Origin: an uncultured bacterium
GTDB taxonomy: Bacteria; Fidelibacterota; Marinisomatia; Marinisomatales; JAHJCW01
Direction of reading: 5' to 3'
DNA: 64,000 nt
NCBI GenBank assembly: GCA_964634215.1
Contig: CAZWKR010000007.1
Coordinates: 35,244 to 99,243, forward strand
Part shown: positions 39,893 to 51,477 of the stretch, piece after piece
Numbering within the stretch: the first letter of the stretch is position 1
Layout of the letters: every line of letters begins with the position of its first letter
Translations under genes and position numbers: made by a program
Notes under the pieces: generated by a model
The model's input: the letters and a program-made list of their open reading frames with translations, nothing else
The model's database searches: none
What the model was told of the DNA's origin: nothing

Positions 39893-41857
39893 ATGCGCCT
39901 ACTTATAATATTAGGAACTATCTCACTATTTGTCTTTGCACAGCAAATTGATGAATCTCAATTAAAATGTTCTCATGGCAAGACTGCAAATGCAATGTGG
40001 ATTAATAAGGCACATGCAACCGAAGCACAGAATGATTATGATGTTACTTTTTATGATATTGATCTAAAGATTGATCCCGAAACAGAAACAATTTCAGGAA
40101 TGGTTGGTGTTCAAGGTATCTCATTAATATCATTATTGAACCTGGTAGAGCTTAATTTATATTCCGGACTAAATATTGAATCAGTAAAAAATGAAAATGG
40201 TGATGATCTGAATTATACACATAGTTCCAATCTTTTAAGTATAACATTGAACAATTCGATTAGTAATGGCAATAATTTCAAAATAATAATTGATTACAAT
40301 GGGCAGCCGCAATCTTCCGGTTTTGGTTCTTTTGGATTTCACCAGCATGGTGGTGAACCAATGATTTGGAGTTTAAGTGAACCATACGGTGCACGCGACT
40401 GGTGGCCTTGCAAAGATACTCCTATCGATAAAGCTGATTCTGTGGATATTTCTTTGGAAGTCCCAACAGGATTAATTGCAGCTTCGAATGGAAAATTAAT
40501 CGATACAGTAATTAACGGAGATTGGACAACCTATCATTGGCAGGAACGGTATCCGATTGCAACTTATCTTGTATCTGTGGCAATTCATCCCTACATTGTA
40601 TTTTATGATTGGTATTACACTCCAACGGATACAATGCGTCTAGAATACTATGTATTCCCCGATCATTATGATGCTGTACAAACTAATTATGGATTGACAA
40701 AGGACATGATAGGAGCAATGGCAGATAGATTCGGTAATTATCCTTTCATAAAAGAAAAATATGGTCATGCTGAATTTGTATGGGGTGGTGGAATGGAGCA
40801 CCAAACTCTTACTAGTCTTGGTGGATATAGTGAGGGATTAATTGCACATGAATTAGGACATCAATGGTGGGGAGATATGGTAACTTGCGCAAATTTTCAC
40901 CATATTTGGTTGAATGAGGGATTTGCTACCTATAGTGAAGCACTATGGTATGAAAAGCGAGATAATGATATTCAATCACTACATAATGAAATGGAACTAA
41001 ATAAGAATTGGTATGGATTTAGACCTGGTACGATTTATGTTGAAGATACAACAAGTGTCAGTAGTATTTTTAATGGAAGTTTATCCTATGCCAAAGCTTC
41101 ATGGGTGGTACATATGCTTCGCCACGTTGTGGGTGATTCGCTATTTTTCAAAGGAATACAAGAATACGGTGATCGCTATCGTTTTAAATCGGCAGTAACT
41201 GAACAGTTTCAGGAAATTATGGAAGAGATATCCGGAAAAGATTTGGATTTCTTTTTCGAACGTTGGATATACGGTGAATTATATCCGATTTATGAGGTTG
41301 TGTACAGCCAATCAGACAATAATCTATTAGTACGAATTAACCAAATTCAGAGTAGTGATGTATTTAAAATGCCGATTGATGTTAAAGTAAAATACGATGA
41401 TAATAGTGAGCAATTATGGGTAGTTCAAAACACACAGAAAAGTGAACTATTTACCTTAGCTTTACCGGCTAGTAGTACAGTAGAAAGTATAGAACTTGAT
41501 CCTGATAATTGGATTTTGAAAAAGATATCAGAGATTCGTTTTGACCCAAGTCCTGATACAACTGGAAATATTTCAATACCAAAAGAATTTTATTTGTACC
41601 CTGTATTCCCAAATCCATTTAATGCAGGTGTAGCAATTCGGTTTGATTTAGAAAATGAGGGTGAAGTACAACTTAATATTTTTGATATATTAGGAAATCA
41701 AGTTTGGCAAGAATCCGGTGATTTTGTATCAGGTACTCACTTTATTAAATGGGATGGGAAGGATCAAATTGGAAATAGTGTACATAGTGGAACTTATGTT
41801 GTGGAAGTACATAATGGAACATTAATTAAAACAAGAAAGATGTTATTATTAAAATAG
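39893..41857 (+). CDS. M1-family aminopeptidase with C-terminal T9SS-like/FlgD-Ig sorting domain
   Basis: GGMEH and HELGHQWWG...WLNEGFA motifs; C-terminal FPNPFN...WDGKD...SGTY...KMLLLK. Confidence 0.92.
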   Translation: MRLLIILGTISLFVFAQQIDESQLKCSHGKTANAMWINKAHATEAQNDYDVTFYDIDLKIDPETETISGMVGVQGISLISLLNLVELNLYSGLNIESVKNENGDDLNYTHSSNLLSITLNNSISNGNNFKIIIDYNGQPQSSGFGSFGFHQHGGEPMIWSLSEPYGARDWWPCKDTPIDKADSVDISLEVPTGLIAASNGKLIDTVINGDWTTYHWQERYPIATYLVSVAIHPYIVFYDWYYTPTDTMRLEYYVFPDHYDAVQTNYGLTKDMIGAMADRFGNYPFIKEKYGHAEFVWGGGMEHQTLTSLGGYSEGLIAHELGHQWWGDMVTCANFHHIWLNEGFATYSEALWYEKRDNDIQSLHNEMELNKNWYGFRPGTIYVEDTTSVSSIFNGSLSYAKASWVVHMLRHVVGDSLFFKGIQEYGDRYRFKSAVTEQFQEIMEEISGKDLDFFFERWIYGELYPIYEVVYSQSDNNLLVRINQIQSSDVFKMPIDVKVKYDDNSEQLWVVQNTQKSELFTLALPASSTVESIELDPDNWILKKISEIRFDPSPDTTGNISIPKEFYLYPVFPNPFNAGVAIRFDLENEGEVQLNIFDILGNQVWQESGDFVSGTHFIKWDGKDQIGNSVHSGTYVVEVHNGTLIKTRKMLLLK

Positions 41858-41865
41858 GATTATAA

Positions 41866-42918
41866 ATGAGTGACAATTTAATTGAGAAAATATTTGAGTT
41901 TGGAGAACCATTGTTAATTATTATTGGGGCAGTGTTTTTAGGGTGGTTATTTAAAAAATTTATTCATGGATATTTACAAAAACTAGCTACACGTACAACT
42001 TTCAGGATGGATGATTTACTGTTTGAGGCAATTGAACGACAAATAATTATATGGCTGGGATTAACCGCAACATATTACATAACAATAACAACAGATTTCC
42101 TGCAGCCATATTCTGCAAATCTTATAAAAATTATTGTTCTTACATTCATTATAACCATCACTTTTGCTATTAGTAAATTTTTAGTTGGTATGATTGATGT
42201 GTGGTCGACCAGTCAGGGGCGGTCTCTTCCTTCAACAAAAATATTTGTTAATTTGATCAAAGCATTTGTCCTGGTAATTGGTTTTTTGATAGCGTTGGAT
42301 TTTATTGGTGTTTCTATAACACCGATGCTGACTGCGTTAGGAGTTGGTGGATTAGCAATATCATTAGCGTTAAAAGATACACTTTCCGATGTCTTTGCAG
42401 GATTGCATATTTTGCTAAGTAAGAAAGTTAAAACCGGCGATTTTATTGAGTTAGAATCGGGACAGACCGGAAATGTTACTAATATAACATGGCGGAATAC
42501 AACAATCTTGGAACGTACGAATAATGTCTTTAATGTTCCGAACTCACGTCTTTCTAATGCGATTATTAAAAATTTTGATGCTGTAGATAAAACATTTTCA
42601 GCTCGCATTCCGGTGGGAGTCGGCTATGAAAGTGACTTAGGTCATGTGGAAAAAGTAACCATCGAAGTTGCCAAGGAAGTAGTCAGCGAGATTAAAGGAC
42701 ACGACCCTGATTTTACTCCGTTTATAAGATATTTTGAATTCGGTGAATCAAGTATCAATTTTAAAGTGTTTTTTAAAGTTTTGGACTTTGGGGCACAATA
42801 TCCAATAATACACAATTTTATAAAGAAATTATTGGTTCGATATAATCAAGAAGGTATTAATATTCCATTTCCAATCAGAACTTTATATCATATGAATAAT
42901 ATTGAAACGGGGGAATAA
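41866..42918 (+). CDS. MscS-family mechanosensitive channel
   Basis: LGVGGLAISLALKDTLS, GDFI, VPNS, FGESSINF and IPFP motifs. Confidence 0.92.
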   Translation: MSDNLIEKIFEFGEPLLIIIGAVFLGWLFKKFIHGYLQKLATRTTFRMDDLLFEAIERQIIIWLGLTATYYITITTDFLQPYSANLIKIIVLTFIITITFAISKFLVGMIDVWSTSQGRSLPSTKIFVNLIKAFVLVIGFLIALDFIGVSITPMLTALGVGGLAISLALKDTLSDVFAGLHILLSKKVKTGDFIELESGQTGNVTNITWRNTTILERTNNVFNVPNSRLSNAIIKNFDAVDKTFSARIPVGVGYESDLGHVEKVTIEVAKEVVSEIKGHDPDFTPFIRYFEFGESSINFKVFFKVLDFGAQYPIIHNFIKKLLVRYNQEGINIPFPIRTLYHMNNIETGE

Positions 42919-42924
42919 ATAATT

Positions 42925-43362
42925 ATGAATTTGCGAATAAAACCATTTTCACTAGAAGTTAAAAAGCTTTATGAAGAACATTCTCATTTCCATGATGGTG
43001 ATGCGGGTTTGGATTTATTTGTTGTTCATGAACAAACTATTCAAGCAGGAGAGTCTACTTTTATTCATCTGCAGATATCATGTGAAAATGTAGAAGGCAA
43101 GCCATATTTGTTAATGCCACGTTCGAGCATTTCAAAAACACCACTACGACTGTCCAATTCTATTGGATTAATTGATAGTGGGTACCGTGGTGAAATAATT
43201 GCTGCTGTCGATAATATTAAAGATATTTCTTATAAAGTAACACCCGGGCAACGGTTATTCCAGTTAGTTGCTATGGATGGATCACCAATTCATTTTAAAA
43301 TTGTTAATGAACTAAGCGAGACATCCCGTGGTACCGGTGGATTTGGTAGTACTGGGAAATAA
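42925..43362 (+). CDS. dut: dUTP diphosphatase
   Basis: DAGLDL, PRSS, GLIDSGYRGEI and RGTGGFGSTG motifs. Confidence 0.95.
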   Translation: MNLRIKPFSLEVKKLYEEHSHFHDGDAGLDLFVVHEQTIQAGESTFIHLQISCENVEGKPYLLMPRSSISKTPLRLSNSIGLIDSGYRGEIIAAVDNIKDISYKVTPGQRLFQLVAMDGSPIHFKIVNELSETSRGTGGFGSTGK

Positions 43363-43381
43363 AATATAACCAAAATACAAA

Positions 43382-43408
43382 TTAGCACTCTAAGACTGAG
43401 AGTGCTAA
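43382..43408. promoter_or_regulatory. CIRCE element (HrcA operator)
   Basis: Perfect TTAGCACTC-N9-GAGTGCTAA upstream of groES. Confidence 0.95.
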
Positions 43409-43536
43409 TTATCCTTGATAAAATCATATTATCAACTATAATTTTCGCGCTGTGAATGGCAATTATTTATTGACCGTTGATTCAAAAAATGACATATCAA
43501 TTATTAAAGAATGTCATTCTGGCAAACTTTTAAAGT

Positions 43537-43552
43537 TGGCACAGATATTGTA
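43537..43552 (+). promoter_or_regulatory. Putative sigma54 (-24/-12) promoter for groESL
   Basis: TGGCAC-agata-TTGTA compared with consensus TGGCAC-N5-TTGCW; correct GG-N10-G spacing. Confidence 0.55.
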
Positions 43553-43629
43553 AATAGATACACCAAGTTATTTAGCACTTAAAAAGAATTTTAATATAAA
43601 TAAATAGTTAATCAAAAGGAGATTAATAA

Positions 43630-43920
43630 ATGGGTTTAAAATTAAAACCTTTGGAAGACAGAGTTGTTGTCGAACCAAAACAAGCAGAAGATAAAACTGC
43701 TTCTGGTATCATACTTCCTGATACTGCCCAAGAGAAACCACAAGAAGCAACCATAGTTGCAATCGGTCCCGGAAAAGCAAGTGACTCTGGTACGATTGTT
43801 AAGATGACTGTTAAAGTTGGTGATAATGTACTTTATGGTAAATATTCTGGTTCAGAAGTAACCGTTGATGGAAAAGAATATTTAATAATGCGTGAAAGCG
43901 ATATCCTAGCGATATTATAA
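43630..43920 (+). CDS. groES: Co-chaperonin GroES
   Basis: [19 protein letters not shown] and KYSGSEV motifs. Confidence 0.98.
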   Translation: MGLKLKPLEDRVVVEPKQAEDKTASGIILPDTAQEKPQEATIVAIGPGKASDSGTIVKMTVKVGDNVLYGKYSGSEVTVDGKEYLIMRESDILAIL

Positions 43921-45570
<1,650 letters not shown>

Positions 45571-45589
45571 TCGAATAATTATCGATTTT

Positions 45590-45628
45590 AGAAAAGCCCT
45601 TATCATGATGTTGAGGGCTTTTCTTTTT
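45590..45628 (+). terminator. Intrinsic terminator after groEL
   Basis: AGAAAAGCCCTTA...TGAGGGCTTTTCT followed by a T-run. Confidence 0.8.
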
Positions 45629-45677
45629 ATTAGCATTTCTTGACTAAACTTAATACAATGCGGTAAATTTATTACTT

Positions 45678-46046
45678 ATGGATGTAATACGATTAAAGAA
45701 TATGGTATTTTACGGTTATCACGGCGTTAGTGATTCTGAAAAATCACTGGGCGGTAAATTTGAAGTTGACTTAGATCTTTTTAAGGATTTGAAAAAAGCT
45801 GGTCAATCTGATAATTTGAGAGATACACTTAATTATGAGAAAATCTACAAAACTGTTCAAAATTGTACAAAAAGGAACAAGTATTTTTTAATCGAAACAC
45901 TCGCTGAACGTATCGCTGATTCTATACTAAGGAAATATAAAACAGATAAAGTGGTGGTAAGAGTAAGAAAACCACATGCACCGGTTAAGGGTGTTTTAGA
46001 TACGGTTGAGGTTGAAATATTGCGTACCAAGGCTGATTATGAGTAA
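45678..46046 (+). CDS. folB: Dihydroneopterin aldolase
   Basis: FYGYHGV, DTLNY, LIETLAE and VRKPHAP motifs. Confidence 0.95.
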   Translation: MDVIRLKNMVFYGYHGVSDSEKSLGGKFEVDLDLFKDLKKAGQSDNLRDTLNYEKIYKTVQNCTKRNKYFLIETLAERIADSILRKYKTDKVVVRVRKPHAPVKGVLDTVEVEILRTKADYE

Positions 46047-46545
46047 AGAAACATTTTTGTCATTAGGTTCAAATATCGGTGATAGAGAAGCTAATTTAGC
46101 AGGAGCAATTACGATACTCGAAGAATATCCTGAAAACAATAACTTAAGAAGTGCATCATTTTATAGTTCCGAACCTTTGTTTAACACAGATCAACCTGAA
46201 TTTCTAAATACTGTAGTTGAAATAATTACAACTTTCACACCATTTGAATTTTTAGATGAGATTAAGAATATCGAAAAACTATTAGGGCGTCCAAGTGAGC
46301 ATAAAAGAAACGCCCCAAGAACAATTGATATTGACATATTGACTTTTGGAGATTCATTCTTAGAAACAGAAGAATTAACTATACCACATCCGGGTATTCC
46401 GTATAGGCGATTTGTCCTTGTTCCATTTAACGAATTAACCCCAAATTATATTGTTCCTGGTTGGAATATCACAATTAAAGAGTTACTAAAGTTTTGTCCC
46501 GATAAATCAAAAGTATTGAAACACACAATAGAATCAAACGCATGA
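46039..46545 (+). CDS. folK: 2-amino-4-hydroxy-6-hydroxymethyldihydropteridine diphosphokinase
   Basis: LSLGSNIGDR, FLNTV, PRTIDIDIL and IPHP..RRFVLVP motifs. Start moved to ATG 46039. Confidence 0.95.
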   Translation: MSKETFLSLGSNIGDREANLAGAITILEEYPENNNLRSASFYSSEPLFNTDQPEFLNTVVEIITTFTPFEFLDEIKNIEKLLGRPSEHKRNAPRTIDIDILTFGDSFLETEELTIPHPGIPYRRFVLVPFNELTPNYIVPGWNITIKELLKFCPDKSKVLKHTIESNA

Positions 46546-47183
46546 GAAACTTATATTATATCGCCATTGAAGGACCAATAGGAGTCGGGAAAACAAGCCT
46601 AGTTAAGCTATTAGGGGAAAAATTAAGTGCACGTACAATTTTGGAGCAATTCGAGGAAAATCCATTTTTAGCTGATTTTTATGATGATCCAGAGAGATTT
46701 GCCTTTCAAACACAACTGTATTTTCTACTGCAAAGATATCAACAACAGCAAGAATTAAGACAAGTTGATATTTTTCATAATTTACTCGTAACAGATTATA
46801 TGTTTGTTAAAGACAGACTATTTGCATCGTTAAATTTAAATGAGAAGGAAATGGGATTATATGAAACGGTCGCTAATTTATTAGAACGCAATGTAATAAA
46901 TCCTGACTTAGTTATTTATTTACAAGCGGATACAGATACATTGATGAAAAATATTAGTAAGCGAAAAAGGTCATTTGAGAAAAATATGTCTCGCGATTAT
47001 ATAGATGCTCTAAATCAAGTTTATAACGAATATTTCTTTAGGTACCAGGATACGCCATTGTTGATCATCAATACAAATAATATAGATTTTGTAAACAATA
47101 AAAAAGATTTAGAGGAAATTATTAATGTGGTGCGTAAACCAATTACTGGCACCAAATTCTTTAATCCCGCAACCGGATTTTAA
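46542..47183 (+). CDS. Deoxynucleoside kinase
   Basis: IAIEGPIGVGKTS, ENPFLADFY and PDLVIYLQA motifs. Confidence 0.92.
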   Translation: MRNLYYIAIEGPIGVGKTSLVKLLGEKLSARTILEQFEENPFLADFYDDPERFAFQTQLYFLLQRYQQQQELRQVDIFHNLLVTDYMFVKDRLFASLNLNEKEMGLYETVANLLERNVINPDLVIYLQADTDTLMKNISKRKRSFEKNMSRDYIDALNQVYNEYFFRYQDTPLLIINTNNIDFVNNKKDLEEIINVVRKPITGTKFFNPATGF

Positions 47184-47185
47184 GT

Positions 47186-47356
47186 ATGTTCAAATTAATT
47201 ATTGTAGCAATATTAGCTTATTTTGGATATTCGTTTTACATTAGATATCTTGCTATAAGTAAAATCAACAGACCGTCTAGTAAGAAAAGTTCAAAGAATA
47301 ATTATTCAAAGTTGAATATTAAAGACGCTGAGTTTAGGGATATTGACGATAAATAG
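47186..47356 (+). CDS. Small single-TM protein (56 aa) missing from the ORF track
   Basis: MFKLIIVAILAYFGYSFYIRYLAISKINRPSSKKSSKNNYSKLNIKDAEFRDIDDK*. It fills the operon gap and ends in a DAEF.DI-type motif. Confidence 0.7.
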   Translation: MFKLIIVAILAYFGYSFYIRYLAISKINRPSSKKSSKNNYSKLNIKDAEFRDIDDK

Positions 47357-47391
47357 TCACAATATTCAATTATATAAAATAGTTTACTAAG

Positions 47392-48417
47392 ATGAAGGCA
47401 GTTAGAATACATCAGCATGGGGGAATAGATGTATTAATACATGAAGAAATTCCTATTCCAAACATTAAGCAAAATCAATGTTTAGTAAAAATAGAAGCCA
47501 CAGCATTAAATCACCTTGATATTTGGGTAAGAAAAGGAATTCCTGGTGTTCCACTTCCAATGATTATGGGAAGCGATGGAGCGGGAACTATTGAACAGGT
47601 TGGTCAGGATGTATCAGATTTTTCAACAGGCAATAGAGTATTAATTCAACCACTTACATACTGTGGTAAATGCCGATGGTGTAACCAGAATAAAGAAAAT
47701 TATTGTGAAAAGTGGGGTATCTTTGGTGAAAATCAAGATGGAACTCAGTGTGAGTATATGGCAATTAATGCCGACCATTTGCGAATTATCCCTGAAGGTA
47801 TGAATTTCAAAGAAGCCGCCGCGTTTCCACTAGTTGCGGAAACCTCATATACAATGCTTATTGATAGAGCAAAGATTAAACCAGAGGAAACTGTGTTTGT
47901 TTGGGGAGCCTCATCAGGTATAGGAAGCATGGCAATTCAAATCGCAAAAGCTATGGGATGTGAAGTAATAACAGCTGTTAGTAACACCCAAAAGGGCGAT
48001 TTTGCCGAAAAACTAGGTGCTGATAAAATCATTAATTATAAAAGTGATGAAATAGTTAAAGTTGTAAGGAAATTTACAGAACATCAGGGGGTGGATGTTG
48101 TTGTTGAGCATGTTGGAACAAAGACTTGGGAAACAAGTTTACGGATATTAGGGAAGGGTGGAAGAATTGTAACTTGTGGTGCTACCACTGGTCCCGAAGC
48201 AAAATTTGACATTCGACGGTTATTTTCTAAACAACAGTCCATACTTGGCTCAACTATGGGTAATGTGGAATCGCTCGATAAAGCGTTAGATATGTATAGA
48301 AATGGGAATGTTAGACCAATCGTTGACAAGTGTTTTAAAATGTCAGAAATACAAAATGCGCATAAATATTTAGAAAATGGGAATCAAATTGGAAAGGTAA
48401 TTGTAACTCCAAATTAA
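47392..48417 (+). CDS. Zinc-binding medium-chain dehydrogenase/reductase
   Basis: ALNHLDIWVRKG, GSDGAG, CGKCRWC..C, GASSGIG and CGATTG motifs. Confidence 0.9.
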   Translation: MKAVRIHQHGGIDVLIHEEIPIPNIKQNQCLVKIEATALNHLDIWVRKGIPGVPLPMIMGSDGAGTIEQVGQDVSDFSTGNRVLIQPLTYCGKCRWCNQNKENYCEKWGIFGENQDGTQCEYMAINADHLRIIPEGMNFKEAAAFPLVAETSYTMLIDRAKIKPEETVFVWGASSGIGSMAIQIAKAMGCEVITAVSNTQKGDFAEKLGADKIINYKSDEIVKVVRKFTEHQGVDVVVEHVGTKTWETSLRILGKGGRIVTCGATTGPEAKFDIRRLFSKQQSILGSTMGNVESLDKALDMYRNGNVRPIVDKCFKMSEIQNAHKYLENGNQIGKVIVTPN

Positions 48418-48420
48418 ATT

Positions 48421-48996
48421 ATGAAAAGATTAGCAATCATAATTATTATAGCGTCTCTAGGATATGGACAGATAAACAGCGCGAAACATGGTGGAGGTTT
48501 GAATATCGGTGACCGTGGAGCTGGAATATTCTATCATCAGAATATTAAGAGTTATAATAGTATTAAAATAGGGGCGACCATTCGGTGGTTTGACATTAGA
48601 CCTCCTGAGGAAATCCCTACGTATAATTACTATACCGGTCAATATGAAAATAAAAATACCATAAGCTTGGCGATTTTTCCACTATTTGGAACAATAAATT
48701 ATTATCCATTTGAAGGGAAAATTGAAAATAATTTTTCTCCATATATATCTGCTAAGTTAGGTCCAATATTGGTTCTTGATGCGGATGCGAATATTAAATC
48801 ATTTTCTGAAAGATGGTTTAATGCTGATAGTAAATTTACTTATGGTGGGAATATTGGAATCGGCATAGAATTTCGTCAGCCAGGTAAATTTCACTATTCA
48901 GTTGAATTCAGTTTTGATTTAATTCCGTTAAATAATGCAATTGCTAATTATAACAATTTAAACGGAACTGTTCTATCTTTCTCAATTCATCGATAG
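48421..48996 (+). CDS. Putative small outer-membrane beta-barrel protein
   Basis: Signal peptide and alternating beta-strand pattern (GGNIGIGIEF). Confidence 0.6.
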   Translation: MKRLAIIIIIASLGYGQINSAKHGGGLNIGDRGAGIFYHQNIKSYNSIKIGATIRWFDIRPPEEIPTYNYYTGQYENKNTISLAIFPLFGTINYYPFEGKIENNFSPYISAKLGPILVLDADANIKSFSERWFNADSKFTYGGNIGIGIEFRQPGKFHYSVEFSFDLIPLNNAIANYNNLNGTVLSFSIHR

Positions 48997-49001
48997 AAAT
49001 A

Positions 49002-49718
49002 ATGCCGGATAAATTATTTTTCTTTGTTGACCCTAATAGTATTTCAGATAATATATTTATTTTAAACAAACAAGAGTCACATCACTTAACTAAAGTCCTA
49101 AGAAAATCGATTGGAACTGAAATATGGCTAATTGATGGTAATGGAAAAGCTTATTATGGGATATTTCAAGACATTCAAAATGATATAGTCACTGGTAATA
49201 TTTTAAAAATATTTCCCAATCACGGGGAAAATAAAATTCAGATTAGCTTAGGTGTTGGAATACTTAAAAAAGATAAAATGAGTTTTGTTGTGGAAAAAGC
49301 GACTGAATGCGGTGTAAATGAAATTATCCCATTAGTATTAGATAAATGTATAAAACGTAATGTTAACAATGAGCGTTTAGTAAAAATATCAAAATCAGCT
49401 GTGAAACAAAGCGGAAGGAGTGTAATTCCTAGAATTACCAAACCTATAGCATTGGAAGAATTACTGAATACTAATACTTATAATTCAATATTAGTGTGCC
49501 ATGAGTCCGGTAAGAATGGGATTAATATTCTATCAAAAATGTTTAAAAATCAATCTAGGATGTTATTACTTGTTGGACCCGAAGGTGATTTCTCTAAAGA
49601 CGAGATTGGTTTTCTAAAAGAGCAAAAGGTAAATTTTATAAGTTTAGGAAATCGACGACTTCGCTCTGAAACAGCGGTTATTACAGCACTATCTCAGATT
49701 AATATATTTAATAACTGA
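49002..49718 (+). CDS. rsmE: 16S rRNA m3U1498 methyltransferase
   Basis: HHLTKVLR, EKATECGV, QSGR, VGPEGDF and LGNRRLRSETA motifs. Confidence 0.95.
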   Translation: MPDKLFFFVDPNSISDNIFILNKQESHHLTKVLRKSIGTEIWLIDGNGKAYYGIFQDIQNDIVTGNILKIFPNHGENKIQISLGVGILKKDKMSFVVEKATECGVNEIIPLVLDKCIKRNVNNERLVKISKSAVKQSGRSVIPRITKPIALEELLNTNTYNSILVCHESGKNGINILSKMFKNQSRMLLLVGPEGDFSKDEIGFLKEQKVNFISLGNRRLRSETAVITALSQINIFNN

Positions 49719-49719
49719 A

Positions 49720-51237
49720 TTAGTTTCGTTTTTCCACAGTTTTCATAACAACTTGCGGATATGATACTTTCAAGACCTCAGCAATCTTCTTTTTGTTATG
49801 CTGATATTTTTCCATTAAGAATTGAAATAGATTCTCTTCAAACCTGTTATTAGCTTCCCGCCATGTATATGGTTGGAGTGCTTCAATGTATTGTCTGAAA
49901 TATTGGCTGCTGAAAATATTATCATTAAAATGGCCACGTTTTAAATTTAATTTTTTCTGATATAAAAAATATGTTCTTGTATCTATATCCAATGCTTTAC
50001 AAAGAACAGGAGCGTTTTTGTGTCTACGTATTTGCATTGTAAGTAGGGCAGTGTGAAAGATATCACGTATTTCTTTCATTGATTTGCCAATAACAAATCT
50101 AAGTGCTTCATCACGTGAGTTAACATATGGAAGTTTTTGATTATTAGATAAAAAATCAATATAAGAATTCATAACAATCTTACGATATCCAAGTATGGGT
50201 AATCCAAGATCTATTTCAGTCTGCAATAAATCATAACCTTGCGAATAAAAATGATAAGCCAATCCTTCTTCCTTAAGTTTTTCGTATGCATTTCCTAACT
50301 TATAATAATCTTCAAATGCCATATCCCGCATATCAAATTTCAAATTAAGTTGAAGTGATTGACTGTGATAATTAATTGCGCTTCGAAAATTACCTTGCTC
50401 AAATTCTAGGTAACCGAGATTTTGGAGGGCAAGACTTAATTGGTATGACGGCAATTCTTGCTTAACTAAATCCAAAAATATAGATTGAGCCTTGCCATAT
50501 TCTTTTTTTTGTATCTTTAACCATCCGATGTCGTTTATTATCTCATATTCAATTTGAATTAAGGAATGTTTTTTAGCAATCTTTGTTGCAATTTGATAGC
50601 ATTCTTCAGCTTTATGAAAAAGATTTTTGTCTGCGTGTAGACCTCCAATATGTCTGAGTGCAATAGCATACCGAAAATATTCATCGGTTTTTAGATAATA
50701 TTCAGCTGATTCAGTAACAAGTTTTAAAGATAATTCAGGATCACTAAATTTATAACATAATCCCAGTAGATGATTTATTCGCCAATTTAACTGTTCATTT
50801 GTACTAAGTGATGTTGTGGCTTTTAAAATAGCTATTGATTCTTTTGTATATCCCAACTTTCTCAACAAGTTAGATAGTTCAGTATATATGTAAGATTTAA
50901 CATTGTTTCCGACGTTCAAATCCAATGCCATATTAAAGCTTGTAAAGGCATTTTTATAATTACCATTAAATGTATGAATTCCTCCAATACTTGCCCAAGC
51001 CATTCCCTGTAGGTTAAAGTCATCAATTTTTAGTATTTGTGAAAGATCTTTAAGTGGTTCCCCGGAAGCAATTAAATTTAACTGAATGATTTCCGCAGTT
51101 TTTTCAAGATATTGATCGACGATTATATTTGAGACTAACTGCTCGGGTTTTACAGGTTCCTTAATTTCGGGGAACAAATTCCGTATATCCCTCGCAATTT
51201 TATTGTCAATTGTAATTAGTTTATTTCTACTATCCAC
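49720..51237 (-). CDS. TPR-repeat protein with two C-terminal Fis-like helix-turn-helix segments (putative ligand-responsive regulator)
   Basis: About 7 TPR-like repeats (ALRHIGG, IINDIGW, ALQNLGY, YYKLGNAY). C-terminus has SMKEIRDIFH..NAPVLCKALDIDTRTYFLYQKKL and TWREANNRFEE..NKKKIAEVLKVSYPQVV. GTG start with AGGGGA RBS. Confidence 0.75.
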   Translation of the reverse strand: MDSRNKLITIDNKIARDIRNLFPEIKEPVKPEQLVSNIIVDQYLEKTAEIIQLNLIASGEPLKDLSQILKIDDFNLQGMAWASIGGIHTFNGNYKNAFTSFNMALDLNVGNNVKSYIYTELSNLLRKLGYTKESIAILKATTSLSTNEQLNWRINHLLGLCYKFSDPELSLKLVTESAEYYLKTDEYFRYAIALRHIGGLHADKNLFHKAEECYQIATKIAKKHSLIQIEYEIINDIGWLKIQKKEYGKAQSIFLDLVKQELPSYQLSLALQNLGYLEFEQGNFRSAINYHSQSLQLNLKFDMRDMAFEDYYKLGNAYEKLKEEGLAYHFYSQGYDLLQTEIDLGLPILGYRKIVMNSYIDFLSNNQKLPYVNSRDEALRFVIGKSMKEIRDIFHTALLTMQIRRHKNAPVLCKALDIDTRTYFLYQKKLNLKRGHFNDNIFSSQYFRQYIEALQPYTWREANNRFEENLFQFLMEKYQHNKKKIAEVLKVSYPQVVMKTVEKRN

Positions 51238-51477
51238 TTTATTATCCCCTTAACATTTTATACTTCAGTTATGCGAATTGTTTTAATTGTTATATAATAA
51301 TAGACCACGGTGTCTAATATTAATGTAATATCATATAAATATCAAGAAATAAATTGTAAAGTAAGTGAGAAGTATTGTTTAATTTGATTATAATATTATT
51401 GCAATATATATTTAATTTGTTATACATATTTTTGAATTAATCAGCATATAAAAATCTTTAATACAAAAAAAAGCGTC

